A DNA stretch of 64,000 bases from Chloroflexota bacterium (GTDB lineage Bacteria; Chloroflexota; Limnocylindria; QHBO01), in assembly GCA_025699005.1 (NCBI GenBank), contig JAILWI010000001.1, forward strand, positions 780,908 to 844,907. The letters are read 5' to 3'. How positions within the stretch are numbered: position 1 is the stretch's first letter; every line of letters begins with the position of its first letter. Both the position numbers and the translations under genes were made by a program. Of this stretch, positions 1 to 7,915 are shown piece after piece. Below the pieces are notes generated by a model. It had not been told where the DNA came from, did not search any database, and worked only from the letters and a program-made list of their open reading frames with translations.

Positions 1-120
1 CCGATCGCCGATGGGATCCGGGGGGCCCGCTTCGAGCTCATCAGCGGCGCCGGACACCTTCCGCAGTACGAGCAGCCGGAGGCGTTCCGGGCTGTTCTCC
101 AGGAGTGGCTCGAAGGCTAG
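1..120 (+). CDS. 3' end of an alpha/beta-hydrolase fold protein (partial; 5' end lies outside the window)
   Basis: Frame 1 reads ...PIADGIRGARFELISGAGHLPQYEQPEAFRAVLQEWLEG*. This is the typical C-terminal catalytic-His region (GH.PQ.E.PE.F) of alpha/beta hydrolases. Stop codon is at 118-120. Confidence 0.5.
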   Translation, partial: PIADGIRGARFELISGAGHLPQYEQPEAFRAVLQEWLEG

Positions 121-297
121 GTCGCCGACCCGGCCGGGTTGCCGTGCAGCGGAGCTAACGGCCACCTTGGTGCGCCTGCGTGCCGGCCTGATACCGCCGA
201 GCGAACCGGGCGGCCAAGTTGCAGCCGAAATCGGGCCGAACTTGTCCGTTAGTTCCGGTGGGTGGCAACCGGGGCCACCTTGGGAGGCCCCAGGAGC

Positions 298-756
298 TCA
301 GCCCGAGGTGCGGAGCGCCCGCTCCAGGAGCTCGATCGCGTTGCGCTTGCGGTCGATGACGTGCTCGAGCAGATGCTCGGTGGCCTCGCCCTCGGCGTCG
401 TCCGCATCGGCAGGGATGGCCTCGACCAGCGCATCGAGCGTCTCGCGCTGCATCTCGAGCAGCCGGCGCACCGCCGCCCGCCACGACTTCGGCAGCTTCA
501 CGGAGTCCGCGCCGCCGATCTCGGGCGTGGCGCCGAAGGCGGCGATTCGGCCGGCCAGCCGCTCGACGTCGGCCAGCTCCGCCTGCGCGATCGCCCGCAT
601 CGGCTCCTGGAGCGCGAGTCCCTCGGGGCCGGGAAGCGTGCCAGCGGCAAGGGCCGCGGCAACGGCGTCGCGAGCTTGCATCGGGAGCGCGGCGTTGAGG
701 CCCCGCGCAACGGCCCTGGTGTCGGTCGTCTCGCCCATCGCGGAGCGCAAGAGCAA
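298..756 (-). CDS. Hypothetical protein, possibly ferritin-like/DinB-like helical bundle (start uncertain; could be 738, 681 or 600)
   Basis: 152-aa ORF with good GC3 bias. It has EATEHLLEH and ELADVERL motifs (E..H pairs) suggesting a metal-binding helical bundle. It is co-directional with and downstream of the 905..2164 gene. Confidence 0.4.
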   Translation of the reverse strand: MLLRSAMGETTDTRAVARGLNAALPMQARDAVAAALAAGTLPGPEGLALQEPMRAIAQAELADVERLAGRIAAFGATPEIGGADSVKLPKSWRAAVRRLLEMQRETLDALVEAIPADADDAEGEATEHLLEHVIDRKRNAIELLERALRTSG

Positions 757-904
757 CCGGCGTGCCCGATCAGGCCGACGGGCTACGGCAGCGGCTCCAG
801 AAGGGACTGCCAGAATTGCGTTCGAGCCGCCCTGAGTAGGCCGCCGACGAGGACGTGGACGTGGGCCCCCGCCCCGTTCCCCGTCGGGCGAGCGGACCGG
901 CTGG

Positions 905-2164
905 TCAGGCGGTGAGGCTGGTGGCCGAGGCGTCGTCTTCGACGACCGCCAACTGGGCCTCGAGGTCCTTCACGCTGCGCAGCACCCCCGCGCGGAGGAG
1001 GTCGAGGGCATCGGCAACCTCGCGGGCCGTCGAGCCGATGTGGGTCAGCTTCGTCTTCAGGCCACGGACGCAGTCGACCTGCCGGGTGAGGTCCTCGAGC
1101 GAGCGCGTGACCGCCTCGGTGTCCAGCTGGACCTGGGCATCGCGCAGGGTCAGGAGGGCCAGGATGCGCGCCGCGCGGTAGGCGGCCTCGAGCGCGACGG
1201 CGTCATCGGTCTCCGGGTCGTAGGTCGCGTACACGTCGGGCCCGATCATGGCCAGCGGTGCGACCGAGGTCGGGGCGGTGTGTGGCGTGAAGACCGCCAG
1301 CGCCACCGCCGCCGACCGGTTCATTCGTCCCTCGGCCAGCTCCTGCGTCATGCGGTTGATGGGCATGGAGCGGTCCTTGGCCTCGACCACGATGCGCAGG
1401 GTCGTGCCGCGCGTCCGGGTCGGGTCGATGGTGATGACGAGGTCCCCCTTCTTCGAGCGCATCCCGTCGCCACCCTCGGTGCCGGTGAGCTCGACGAGGT
1501 CGCCCATGCCGCGGGCCATGGCGCCCAGGCGTGCCTCCAGCGCCTCCTCGAAATCGGCTCCCTTGGCCGTCCCCCGGGCACGCTCCTCGGCGCGGGCCTT
1601 CTTCGCCTCCTCGAGCGCAGTGATGCGCTCGCTGAGCCGGCGGAACTCGTCGGTCACCTCGCCACGGAACTGGTGGAGCGGGCTGCCGGCGCGCGTCGGG
1701 TCGAGCAGCTGAGCCAGCCGCGAGCCGTCGCCGTCGAAGTAGCGACCGAGCAGGTCATTGAGGCGGCCGATGGCGCTGTCGCGCTTCGTCTCGTCGAACA
1801 GCTCGTGGGTCAGGCGGCGCAGCTTGCCGTCGTCGCCCAGGAACTGCTCGAGCGTCTTCGGCAGGCGCCCGTCGCGGTCACCGAAGTGCTCGCGAAGCGT
1901 GACGGCCAGCGTCTCCGCCGCCCGCTCCTGGGTGCCCTCCATCCGCTCGTAGAGGCGCTCGAACTCGGCCTTCACGACATCGGCGCTCATGCTCACGCCC
2001 GCGTTCGAGAGCGTCAGCAGGCCGATGCGCAGCGCGCGCTCCAGCAGCTGGCCGCGCTCCGGCTCCGGCGTCTCGCGCACGAAGGCGGCGAGGGCCGCAT
2101 CGGCGAAGGTCAGGCCCTCGATGCCGATGGAATCGCCCGTGATGGTGATGCGTGCCTGCGTCAT
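905..2164 (-). CDS. DUF2130-like coiled-coil protein with C-terminal PD-(D/E)xK restriction-endonuclease-like motif
   Basis: 419 aa. It has a long helical, charged central region (EEAKKARAEERARG...). The C-terminal GDLVITIDP...RIVVEAKDRS matches the hD..hhhExK nuclease signature. ATG is at 2164. It lies 63 bp downstream of the response-regulator gene on the same strand. Confidence 0.6.
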   Translation of the reverse strand: MTQARITITGDSIGIEGLTFADAALAAFVRETPEPERGQLLERALRIGLLTLSNAGVSMSADVVKAEFERLYERMEGTQERAAETLAVTLREHFGDRDGRLPKTLEQFLGDDGKLRRLTHELFDETKRDSAIGRLNDLLGRYFDGDGSRLAQLLDPTRAGSPLHQFRGEVTDEFRRLSERITALEEAKKARAEERARGTAKGADFEEALEARLGAMARGMGDLVELTGTEGGDGMRSKKGDLVITIDPTRTRGTTLRIVVEAKDRSMPINRMTQELAEGRMNRSAAVALAVFTPHTAPTSVAPLAMIGPDVYATYDPETDDAVALEAAYRAARILALLTLRDAQVQLDTEAVTRSLEDLTRQVDCVRGLKTKLTHIGSTAREVADALDLLRAGVLRSVKDLEAQLAVVEDDASATSLTA

Positions 2165-2227
2165 GCGCCCACTGTCGCGGGCGTTCGTGACAGCAGTCTG
2201 TCGCGATCACCCCGACTCGAGAGCCGA

Positions 2228-2953
2228 TCAGGCGCTCACGCGCTCCTGATTCGGGACGATCGCGGCGGCAATGGCGGCGCTGCGCTCGAGGAACTGGCCG
2301 ACTCGATCGAGCCGCGCGTCGTCGTCGTATCGGCCCACGATGTAGACCCCGAGCTTCTGCCACCAGTACAGCTGGTAGATGCATTCGTCGTCGGGTGACA
2401 TGAAGGTGGCCCACTCGCGGCGGTCGCTGGTGCGGATGTCGGTGGCACCGGCACGCGTGAGCTCGTCCACCAACGTCCGGGTGCGGGCGCGATCGGCCTC
2501 CTCGGACCGTTCGAACCGGTCCGACCGGCCCACCGCCTCGCCCACCGCGTCGAGCAGGTCGTCGAGACTGAACGGCTTGGCCAGGATCGCCGCGAAGTCG
2601 GCGGCCCGCGCGCGCTGGCTCGCGTTGGCGCGGGCCTCGAGCACCGCCTGTGCGTGCGCCGTGAACATCACGGTGGGAACGGCCCGCGAGCGGCGTGACA
2701 GGTAGGCAGCCTCGTTCCAGCCGCCACCGAAGTCGTGACCCCCGTCGCCGTCCAGCAGGATGCAGTCCGGCTCGAGCCGCCCGACCGCCGCGGCGATCGA
2801 GTCGTGATCCGTCTTGTCGAGGGTCCCGACCTCGTAACCCTCGTCCGTCAGCATGGCGCTGACCAGTTCCGTGATGTCCCGGTCGTTGTCGACGAGCAGC
2901 ACGCGGAAGGGATCCCCCGGCGCCTCCGGCTGCTCATGACGCTCAACCATCAT
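2228..2953 (-). CDS. Response regulator, CheY-like receiver domain plus uncharacterised ~100-aa C-terminal domain
   Basis: Start is at the internal MMVERHEQ (ATG at 2953, preceded by GGGAGAA); the 305-aa ORF is an upstream extension. The receiver domain runs RVLLVDNDRD...ILLDGDGG...AKPFSLDDLLDAV. The C-terminal region (SPDDECIYQLYWWQKLGVYIVGRYDDD...) has no family I recognise. Confidence 0.65.
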   Translation of the reverse strand: MMVERHEQPEAPGDPFRVLLVDNDRDITELVSAMLTDEGYEVGTLDKTDHDSIAAAVGRLEPDCILLDGDGGHDFGGGWNEAAYLSRRSRAVPTVMFTAHAQAVLEARANASQRARAADFAAILAKPFSLDDLLDAVGEAVGRSDRFERSEEADRARTRTLVDELTRAGATDIRTSDRREWATFMSPDDECIYQLYWWQKLGVYIVGRYDDDARLDRVGQFLERSAAIAAAIVPNQERVSA

Positions 2954-3123
2954 CGTTCTCCCGCTCGGTAAGCGAGCAATGAAGTCGAACCCGGATGGGA
3001 TTTTTCGGGGGGAGTGATAGCACACGGGATGCCAGATGTGAAGCGTCCCGGCCGCCGCGGCTGGAGTAGCCGGCGGATCGGGTGGACAATGGTCCGACAC
3101 ACCGGAACCGGAGGAGACACCCG

Positions 3124-3897
3124 ATGACCACCGCAACCACGACACGCCCGGCCTGGGTCGAGCTCGCGACGGATGACCCCGCCGCTGCGCACGATTTCTA
3201 CAGCAAGCTCCTGGGGTGGACGATCGACGTCTCCGATGACCCGCAGTACGGCGGGTACGCCATGGCGCACCTGGACGAGGGGGAGGGCGACGTCGCCGGG
3301 ATCACCGCGAAGATGATGCCCGAGGCGCCCACCGCCTGGAACCTCTACATCGAGACCGATGACGCCGCGGCGCTGTGCGATGCCGTCGAGGCGGCCGGCG
3401 GGACCGTGATGGCACCGGCCTTCGACGTGGGTGACATGGGTCGCATGGCCGTCTTCGCCGATCCGACCGGCGCCGTGATCTCGGCGTGGCAGGGGACCTC
3501 AGCCCGGACGTTCCGCAGCGGGGACACCGGCGCGTACGGATGGGCCGAGCTCAGCTCGCGGGGACTGGATCGCGCCATCCCGTTCTACGAGAAGGTCTTC
3601 GGCTGGCGCGCGGAGACGAATCCCATGGGCGAGGGACAGCCCGACTACACGCAGTTCCACGCCGGCGACGACTCCGTCGCCGGGGCCATGGAGATGCAGC
3701 CCGGTATACCGGACGAGGTCCCGAGCTACTGGATGATCTACTTCAACGTGGACGACGTGGATGCCGCCTTCAAGCGGGCGGTGGACCTGGGCGGGTCCGA
3801 GGTCGTTGCGCCCTCCCCGATGCCGGGCGGACGCTTCGCGATCGTGAACGATCCGCACGGCGCCATGTTCGGGCTGCTCGACATGCAGGCGAGCTGA
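3124..3897 (+). CDS. VOC family protein (tandem glyoxalase/bleomycin-resistance domains)
   Basis: Start is at MTTATTTRPAWVEL, preceded by GGAGGAG. Two repeated halves (WVELATDDPAAAHDFYSKLLGW... and WAELSSRGLDRAIPFYEKVFGW...) end in the typical PHGAMFGLLD-type C-termini. Confidence 0.75.
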   Translation: MTTATTTRPAWVELATDDPAAAHDFYSKLLGWTIDVSDDPQYGGYAMAHLDEGEGDVAGITAKMMPEAPTAWNLYIETDDAAALCDAVEAAGGTVMAPAFDVGDMGRMAVFADPTGAVISAWQGTSARTFRSGDTGAYGWAELSSRGLDRAIPFYEKVFGWRAETNPMGEGQPDYTQFHAGDDSVAGAMEMQPGIPDEVPSYWMIYFNVDDVDAAFKRAVDLGGSEVVAPSPMPGGRFAIVNDPHGAMFGLLDMQAS

Positions 3898-3907
3898 CCC
3901 ACCCGCC

Positions 3908-4339
3908 ATGGCGGGGATCGAGAACCGGGCGGGACCCGGTGAGAGCACGGCGTTCGAGGAGGCGATGTCCGCCTCCTCGGACGATGTCCGGGCAGTGGCC
4001 CGAGCCATTCGTGAGCTCGTGTACGACGTGTTCCCGGACTCGGTCGAGGTGGTCTGGGCCCGGCAGCGATCGGTGGGATGGGGCATCGGCCCGAAGAAGT
4101 TCACCGAGCAGTTCGCGTACGTCCTGCCGTTCGCAGGGCACGTCACCCTGGGCTTCTACCGCGGCGGTGAGCTGCCCGACCCCGCCGGCCTGCTGCCGTC
4201 CGAGGGCGGCACCCAGGTCTCGGGTGCGCTGTCGATGCGAAGCCTGAAGCTCGGTTCGCCCGAGGACGTCGCCCGGCCCGAGCTCCGGTCCCTGATCGAG
4301 GCGGCCGTGGAGGAACGGCGTAGCGCGCTCGCCCGCTGA
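3908..4339 (+). CDS. DUF1801 (YdhG-like) domain protein
   Basis: 143 aa. Its motifs are typical of DUF1801: ...VRAVARAIRELVYDVFPDSVEVVWARQRSVGWGIGPKKFTEQFAYVLPFAGHVTLGFYRG. Confidence 0.7.
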   Translation: MAGIENRAGPGESTAFEEAMSASSDDVRAVARAIRELVYDVFPDSVEVVWARQRSVGWGIGPKKFTEQFAYVLPFAGHVTLGFYRGGELPDPAGLLPSEGGTQVSGALSMRSLKLGSPEDVARPELRSLIEAAVEERRSALAR

Positions 4340-4389
4340 GGTTCTTGCCTCGGTAGCTCGTCTGACTTCACGGCCGCCGCGTGGCGGCG

Positions 4390-5016
4390 TCAGGAGGAGG
4401 GAGCCGGGGCGGGAGCGATGGCCCCCTCGACGAAGAGGTCGACGTTTGCGCGGAGCTCGGAGCGAAGCTGGGAGATCGGGAAGTCCTCGCCCGCGCGGAC
4501 GAGTGCCCCGGTCGTGAGGTCCACGAGTTGGCGGGCGTGCGAGGTGCGTCGAGTCCGCCCACGAAGCTGGCCGGCCGCGGCGAGCCCGTCGAGCAGCGCC
4601 TCGTACAGCATGGGGTACTGCATCCGATCGGCCGCATAGCGTCGGCGGGTCGGGTCGGGATGGGTCATCTCGCGCGCGACGTAGGGAACGACGCCGGGAT
4701 AACGTTCGGCGATGCCGGCGATGCCATCGGCGAGGTCGTAGAGGGACTGGCGGACCGACCGGCGCCGATGCTCCGCGGCGTGAGCTGCGATCTGGCCGAC
4801 GAGGCGTGCGCCGATCTCGACGAGAATCGCCTCCTTGTACGGGAAGTAGTTGAAGACCGTCGCGCGGCTGACGTCCACCGCCTCCGCGATGTCCTCCACG
4901 CTCGTGCCGTCGATTCCACGCTCCTCGAAGAGCTGGATCGCGGCGTCGACGATCGCCTCGCGCTGGCGGTGCTTCTTGCGGTCCCGCAGGCCGGTCGTGC
5001 CGGTGTCCTTCGCCAT
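4390..5016 (-). CDS. TetR/AcrR family transcriptional regulator
   Basis: Start is at MAKDTGTTGLRDRKKHRQREAIVDAAIQLFEERGIDGTSVEDIAEAVDVSRATVFNYFPYKEAIL, a classic TetR N-terminal HTH. ATG at 5016. Divergent from the 5117 gene. Confidence 0.8.
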   Translation of the reverse strand: MAKDTGTTGLRDRKKHRQREAIVDAAIQLFEERGIDGTSVEDIAEAVDVSRATVFNYFPYKEAILVEIGARLVGQIAAHAAEHRRRSVRQSLYDLADGIAGIAERYPGVVPYVAREMTHPDPTRRRYAADRMQYPMLYEALLDGLAAAGQLRGRTRRTSHARQLVDLTTGALVRAGEDFPISQLRSELRANVDLFVEGAIAPAPAPSS

Positions 5017-5064
5017 CGGGGCATTATGCCGAGCGTCGGTGCACGCAGCCAAGCAGGTGGCGGA

Positions 5065-5078
5065 AGCGACATGGCGCA
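5065..5078. promoter_or_regulatory. Imperfect palindrome CATGGcGCaCCATG in the TetR/cyclase divergent intergenic region (candidate TetR operator)
   Basis: 12 of 14 positions are self-complementary. It lies between the divergent starts at 5016 (-) and 5081/5117 (+). Confidence 0.25.
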
Positions 5079-5116
5079 CCATGCGCTCCCACCCGGAGTT
5101 GCGCCCGAGGGGCACC

Positions 5117-5971
5117 ATGGAAGCCATGGGAGCCATTCGCAAGAAGAGCTTCACAAGCCCCGATGGGCGGAACGAGCTGCCGTTCGCGGAGATCTCGGTC
5201 GTCCGCATCGGCTCACACACGATCGGCTATGGCGTGGTACAGCCGGGATTCCGGTGGAGCAAGGACATGGGGCCGACGGTCGGTACGCCCTCGTGCCCGG
5301 TCCATCACCTCCAGCTCTTCCTCACCGGGCGGTTCGTCTCGCGGATGGACGACGGCGAGGAGGTCGAGTTCGGCCCGATGGAGATCGGCGACATTCCACC
5401 CGGCCACGATGCGTGGGTGGTCGGCGACGAGGCGGTCCACGTCATCGACTTCGCGGGGCACAGCGACGCCATCGGCATGCCCCGCGAGCACGAGCGGATC
5501 GTCACGACCCTGCTCATGACCGACATCGTGGACTCCACGGCGACCGCCAGCCGGATCGGCGATGCCGCCTGGCGTGAGCTCCTTGCTGACCACAATCGGC
5601 TCGTGCGGGCCCAGTTCGTCCGCTTCGGTGGATCCGAGGTAAACACCACCGGGGACGGGTTCCTCGCCACGTTCCGCAACGCGGTGGGCGCGCTGCGATG
5701 CGCCGCCGCGATCGTGGAGGCACTCCGAGAGCCGGGACTCGAGATCCGGGCCGGGGTTCACACCGGCGAGGTGGAGATCATGGGCAGCGACGTCGGCGGG
5801 GTCGCGGTGCACGCCACCGCGCGGATCATGGCGCTCGCGGAGCCGTCGACGGTCTACGCCTCGTCGACCGCCGTCGGACTGGCCGATGGCAGCGGCCTCG
5901 CCTTCGAGGAACGCGGTCGTCGCGAGGTGAAGGGCCTGGATCGGCCGATCGAGGTGTACCGGCTGCGGTAG
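5117..5971 (+). CDS. Cupin-domain / class III adenylate-guanylate cyclase fusion protein (start could be 5081 or 5126)
   Basis: The N-terminal half is cupin-like (VRIGSHTIGYGVVQPGFRWSK...FAGHSDAIGMP). The C-terminal half has hallmark cyclase motifs: LLMTDIVDSTATASRIGD, FGGSEVNTTGDGFLATF, RAGVHTGEVE, and the VKGLDRPIEVYRL terminus. Confidence 0.75.
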   Translation: MEAMGAIRKKSFTSPDGRNELPFAEISVVRIGSHTIGYGVVQPGFRWSKDMGPTVGTPSCPVHHLQLFLTGRFVSRMDDGEEVEFGPMEIGDIPPGHDAWVVGDEAVHVIDFAGHSDAIGMPREHERIVTTLLMTDIVDSTATASRIGDAAWRELLADHNRLVRAQFVRFGGSEVNTTGDGFLATFRNAVGALRCAAAIVEALREPGLEIRAGVHTGEVEIMGSDVGGVAVHATARIMALAEPSTVYASSTAVGLADGSGLAFEERGRREVKGLDRPIEVYRLR

Positions 5972-5992
5972 CGACGGTGCGGTCCCTTCGGA

Positions 5993-7108
5993 TCAGCGAG
6001 CGCCGGCGACGGCCGCTGTCGGGAACTCGCCGCGCGCCGCCGCCCGGCGCGCCACCTGCTCCGCCACGTACGCGGCATCGCGCCCCGCCCCGAGCACGAG
6101 CATCGAGGTGAAGCTGTACTGGAAGGGGATGCCGAGGAAGTAGAGCCCGGAGACGTCGCTCGCGACGCCGCGGAACTGAATCGGCCATCCGTCCTCGCCA
6201 ACGGTCGCGGGCTCCACCCACGAGTAGTCGGGCCGGAACCCCGTGCACCACACGACGGTGGCCACGTCATGGACGGAGCCGTCGGCGAGCATCGGGAGGC
6301 CGTCCCGCGCGCCGGTGAAGCGTGCATCCCGCAGCTCGACGCCGTCCGCCACCAGATCCTGGCGCCGATACCGCAGCAGCGGACCGCCGCCGTTCCGCAC
6401 CTTCGGCGCCATCTTGCGACCGATCGGGGTCTTCAGCGTCAGCACGTTCCAGGCGAGGAACCGCATGAGCGGCAAGGCGAGTGCGCCGCGCCGGCTCTCG
6501 ATCGAGAACGGAAGCTGTCCGAACGCCCGGCCCGACAGGATCGTGCGGTGACCATGCTGCGCCGCCTCGTGGGCGATGTCGGCGCCCGAGTGGCTCAGGC
6601 CGACCACGAGCACCGGCCCATCGGCCAGCTGGTCCGGGCGCAGGTACTCGCTGGAGTGGAGCTGCCGGATCGAGGGGGCGAGCTCCGCCGAGGCGGCCGG
6701 GACATACGGGTCGCGGAAGCCGCCGCTGGCCACGATCACCTGCCGAGCGTCGTATCGGCCGTCGCTCGTCTCGATGGCGAAGCCGTCGCCATCGGCGTGG
6801 ACACGGGTGACCCGGACGCCGGTGCGAACCGGCAGCTGCTGGCGATCGGCGTACGACTCGAGGTAGTCCGCCATCTCGCCGCCCGTCGGGAAATGGCCAC
6901 CACGCCCGGGGAACTTCATGCCGGGCAGGCCATCGTGCCTGGCGGGGCTGTACAGCTTCAGCGACTCCCACCGGGAGCGCCAGATGTCGCCGATGCGCTG
7001 GCGTCCCTCGAGGATGACGAAGTCGACGCCCCGCTTCGCCAGGTGGTGGCCGGCCGAGAGGCCGGTCTGTCCGCCGCCGATGACGACGGTCTCGAAACTC
7101 CGATTCAT
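5993..7108 (-). CDS. FAD/NAD(P)-binding flavin-containing monooxygenase-like oxidoreductase
   Basis: Start is at MNRSFETVVIGGGQTGLSAGHHL (GxGxxG dinucleotide fold). A second Rossmann signature (VLVVGLSHSGADIA) is present. The C-terminal FLGIPFQYSF is typical of FMO/NAD(P)-binding oxidoreductases. Confidence 0.75.
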   Translation of the reverse strand: MNRSFETVVIGGGQTGLSAGHHLAKRGVDFVILEGRQRIGDIWRSRWESLKLYSPARHDGLPGMKFPGRGGHFPTGGEMADYLESYADRQQLPVRTGVRVTRVHADGDGFAIETSDGRYDARQVIVASGGFRDPYVPAASAELAPSIRQLHSSEYLRPDQLADGPVLVVGLSHSGADIAHEAAQHGHRTILSGRAFGQLPFSIESRRGALALPLMRFLAWNVLTLKTPIGRKMAPKVRNGGGPLLRYRRQDLVADGVELRDARFTGARDGLPMLADGSVHDVATVVWCTGFRPDYSWVEPATVGEDGWPIQFRGVASDVSGLYFLGIPFQYSFTSMLVLGAGRDAAYVAEQVARRAAARGEFPTAAVAGAR

Positions 7109-7155
7109 GGCTGGGACTCTCCGTGCGGTTGCGTGCCGGACCTCAGGCTCGGGCA

Positions 7156-7191
7156 CGTTCGACGAACGGACCAGTTCGAATCGGGAACTGG
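7156..7191. promoter_or_regulatory. Two inverted repeats in the FMO/HxlR divergent intergenic region: CGTTCGaCGAACG and CCAGTTC-N7-GAACTGG
   Basis: Both are perfect inverted repeats read directly from the sequence at 7156-7168 and 7171-7191. They sit between the divergent starts at 7108 (-) and 7217 (+). HxlR-type regulators typically bind such sites to control the divergent oxidoreductase. Confidence 0.3.
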
Positions 7192-7216
7192 CTCATCGCT
7201 CGACGGGAGGGGGAAA

Positions 7217-7909
7217 ATGATGACCATGGGCCTGGCGATGACGAATGACACGGAGTACTGCGCGTTCACGAAGGCCGTCGAGCACCTGGGCGACCGGTGG
7301 AGCCTGCTCATCGTCCGCGAGATCGCTCGCTTCGGCCCGCGTGGGTTCAATGCGCTGGCGACCGGCCTGCCGGGCCATGTGTCGAGGTCGGTCCTCGCCG
7401 CCAAGCTGCGCAAGCTCGAGGAGATCGGCCTGCTGGCGCGCGATCCCGCCGATCCCGGTCGCTCCTCGCCGTACCTCCTGACGCCGGCGGGGGAGCAGCT
7501 CGTGCCGACCTTGAAGTCGCTGTGGGACTGGGCCGAGCACTGGGTGCCCGAGGATCCGGCCATGGCCGAGCGCGATCCCTCGGTCATCCTGTGGTGGCTC
7601 CGGCATCGCGCGGACCGCGAGCGCGCTCCCGAGCAGCAGGTGGCGATCGAGCTCGAGCTGCACGACCCCGGTGCCGAGCGGTCGTGGCTCCTGCTCGCCC
7701 GCGGCGTCGAGCCGAACCTGTGCCTGGAGGATCCGCTGCTCGGCGAGGAGCGCTACGTCTACGTCGAGGCCGATGCGTCCTCGCTCTTCCCGGTCGCTCG
7801 GGGCCTGCGCTCGTGGGCCGATGCCCGTGCCGACGGGTCCGTTGCGATCTTCGGACCGCCAGGGCTCGTCGCCGAGCTCGGGAGCTGGTTCCTGCCGGTC
7901 ACCACGTAA
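7217..7909 (+). CDS. HxlR family (winged-helix) transcriptional regulator with ~120-aa C-terminal extension
   Basis: Start is at MMTMGLAMTNDTEYCAFTKAVEHLGDRWSLLIVREIARFGPRGFNALATGLPGHVSRSVLAAKLRKLEEIGLL, preceded by GGGAGGGGG. This is the classic HxlR/MarR-like wHTH. Confidence 0.7.
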   Translation: MMTMGLAMTNDTEYCAFTKAVEHLGDRWSLLIVREIARFGPRGFNALATGLPGHVSRSVLAAKLRKLEEIGLLARDPADPGRSSPYLLTPAGEQLVPTLKSLWDWAEHWVPEDPAMAERDPSVILWWLRHRADRERAPEQQVAIELELHDPGAERSWLLLARGVEPNLCLEDPLLGEERYVYVEADASSLFPVARGLRSWADARADGSVAIFGPPGLVAELGSWFLPVTT

Positions 7910-7915
7910 GGGCGG

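Noticed and set aside
11-835. 274-aa plus-strand ORF
   Set aside because: Ser/Arg/Ala-rich low-complexity translation. The real plus-strand signal is only the hydrolase C-terminus in frame 1 (1-120), and 298-756 is better explained by the minus-strand gene.
1040-2398. 452-aa plus-strand ORF
   Set aside because: Antisense to the DUF2130-like gene and the response regulator. Leu/Arg/Gly-rich shadow translation.
7171-7191. tRNA-like GTTCGAATC T-loop motif
   Set aside because: No acceptor stem, D-arm or anticodon arm in the preceding 60 nt. The motif is the loop of a 7-bp inverted repeat in a divergent promoter region, better read as an operator.
6269-7216. N-terminal 316 codons of the 546-aa track ORF
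   Set aside because: Antisense to the FMO-like gene. The HxlR gene begins at 7217 after the RBS GGGAGGGGG.
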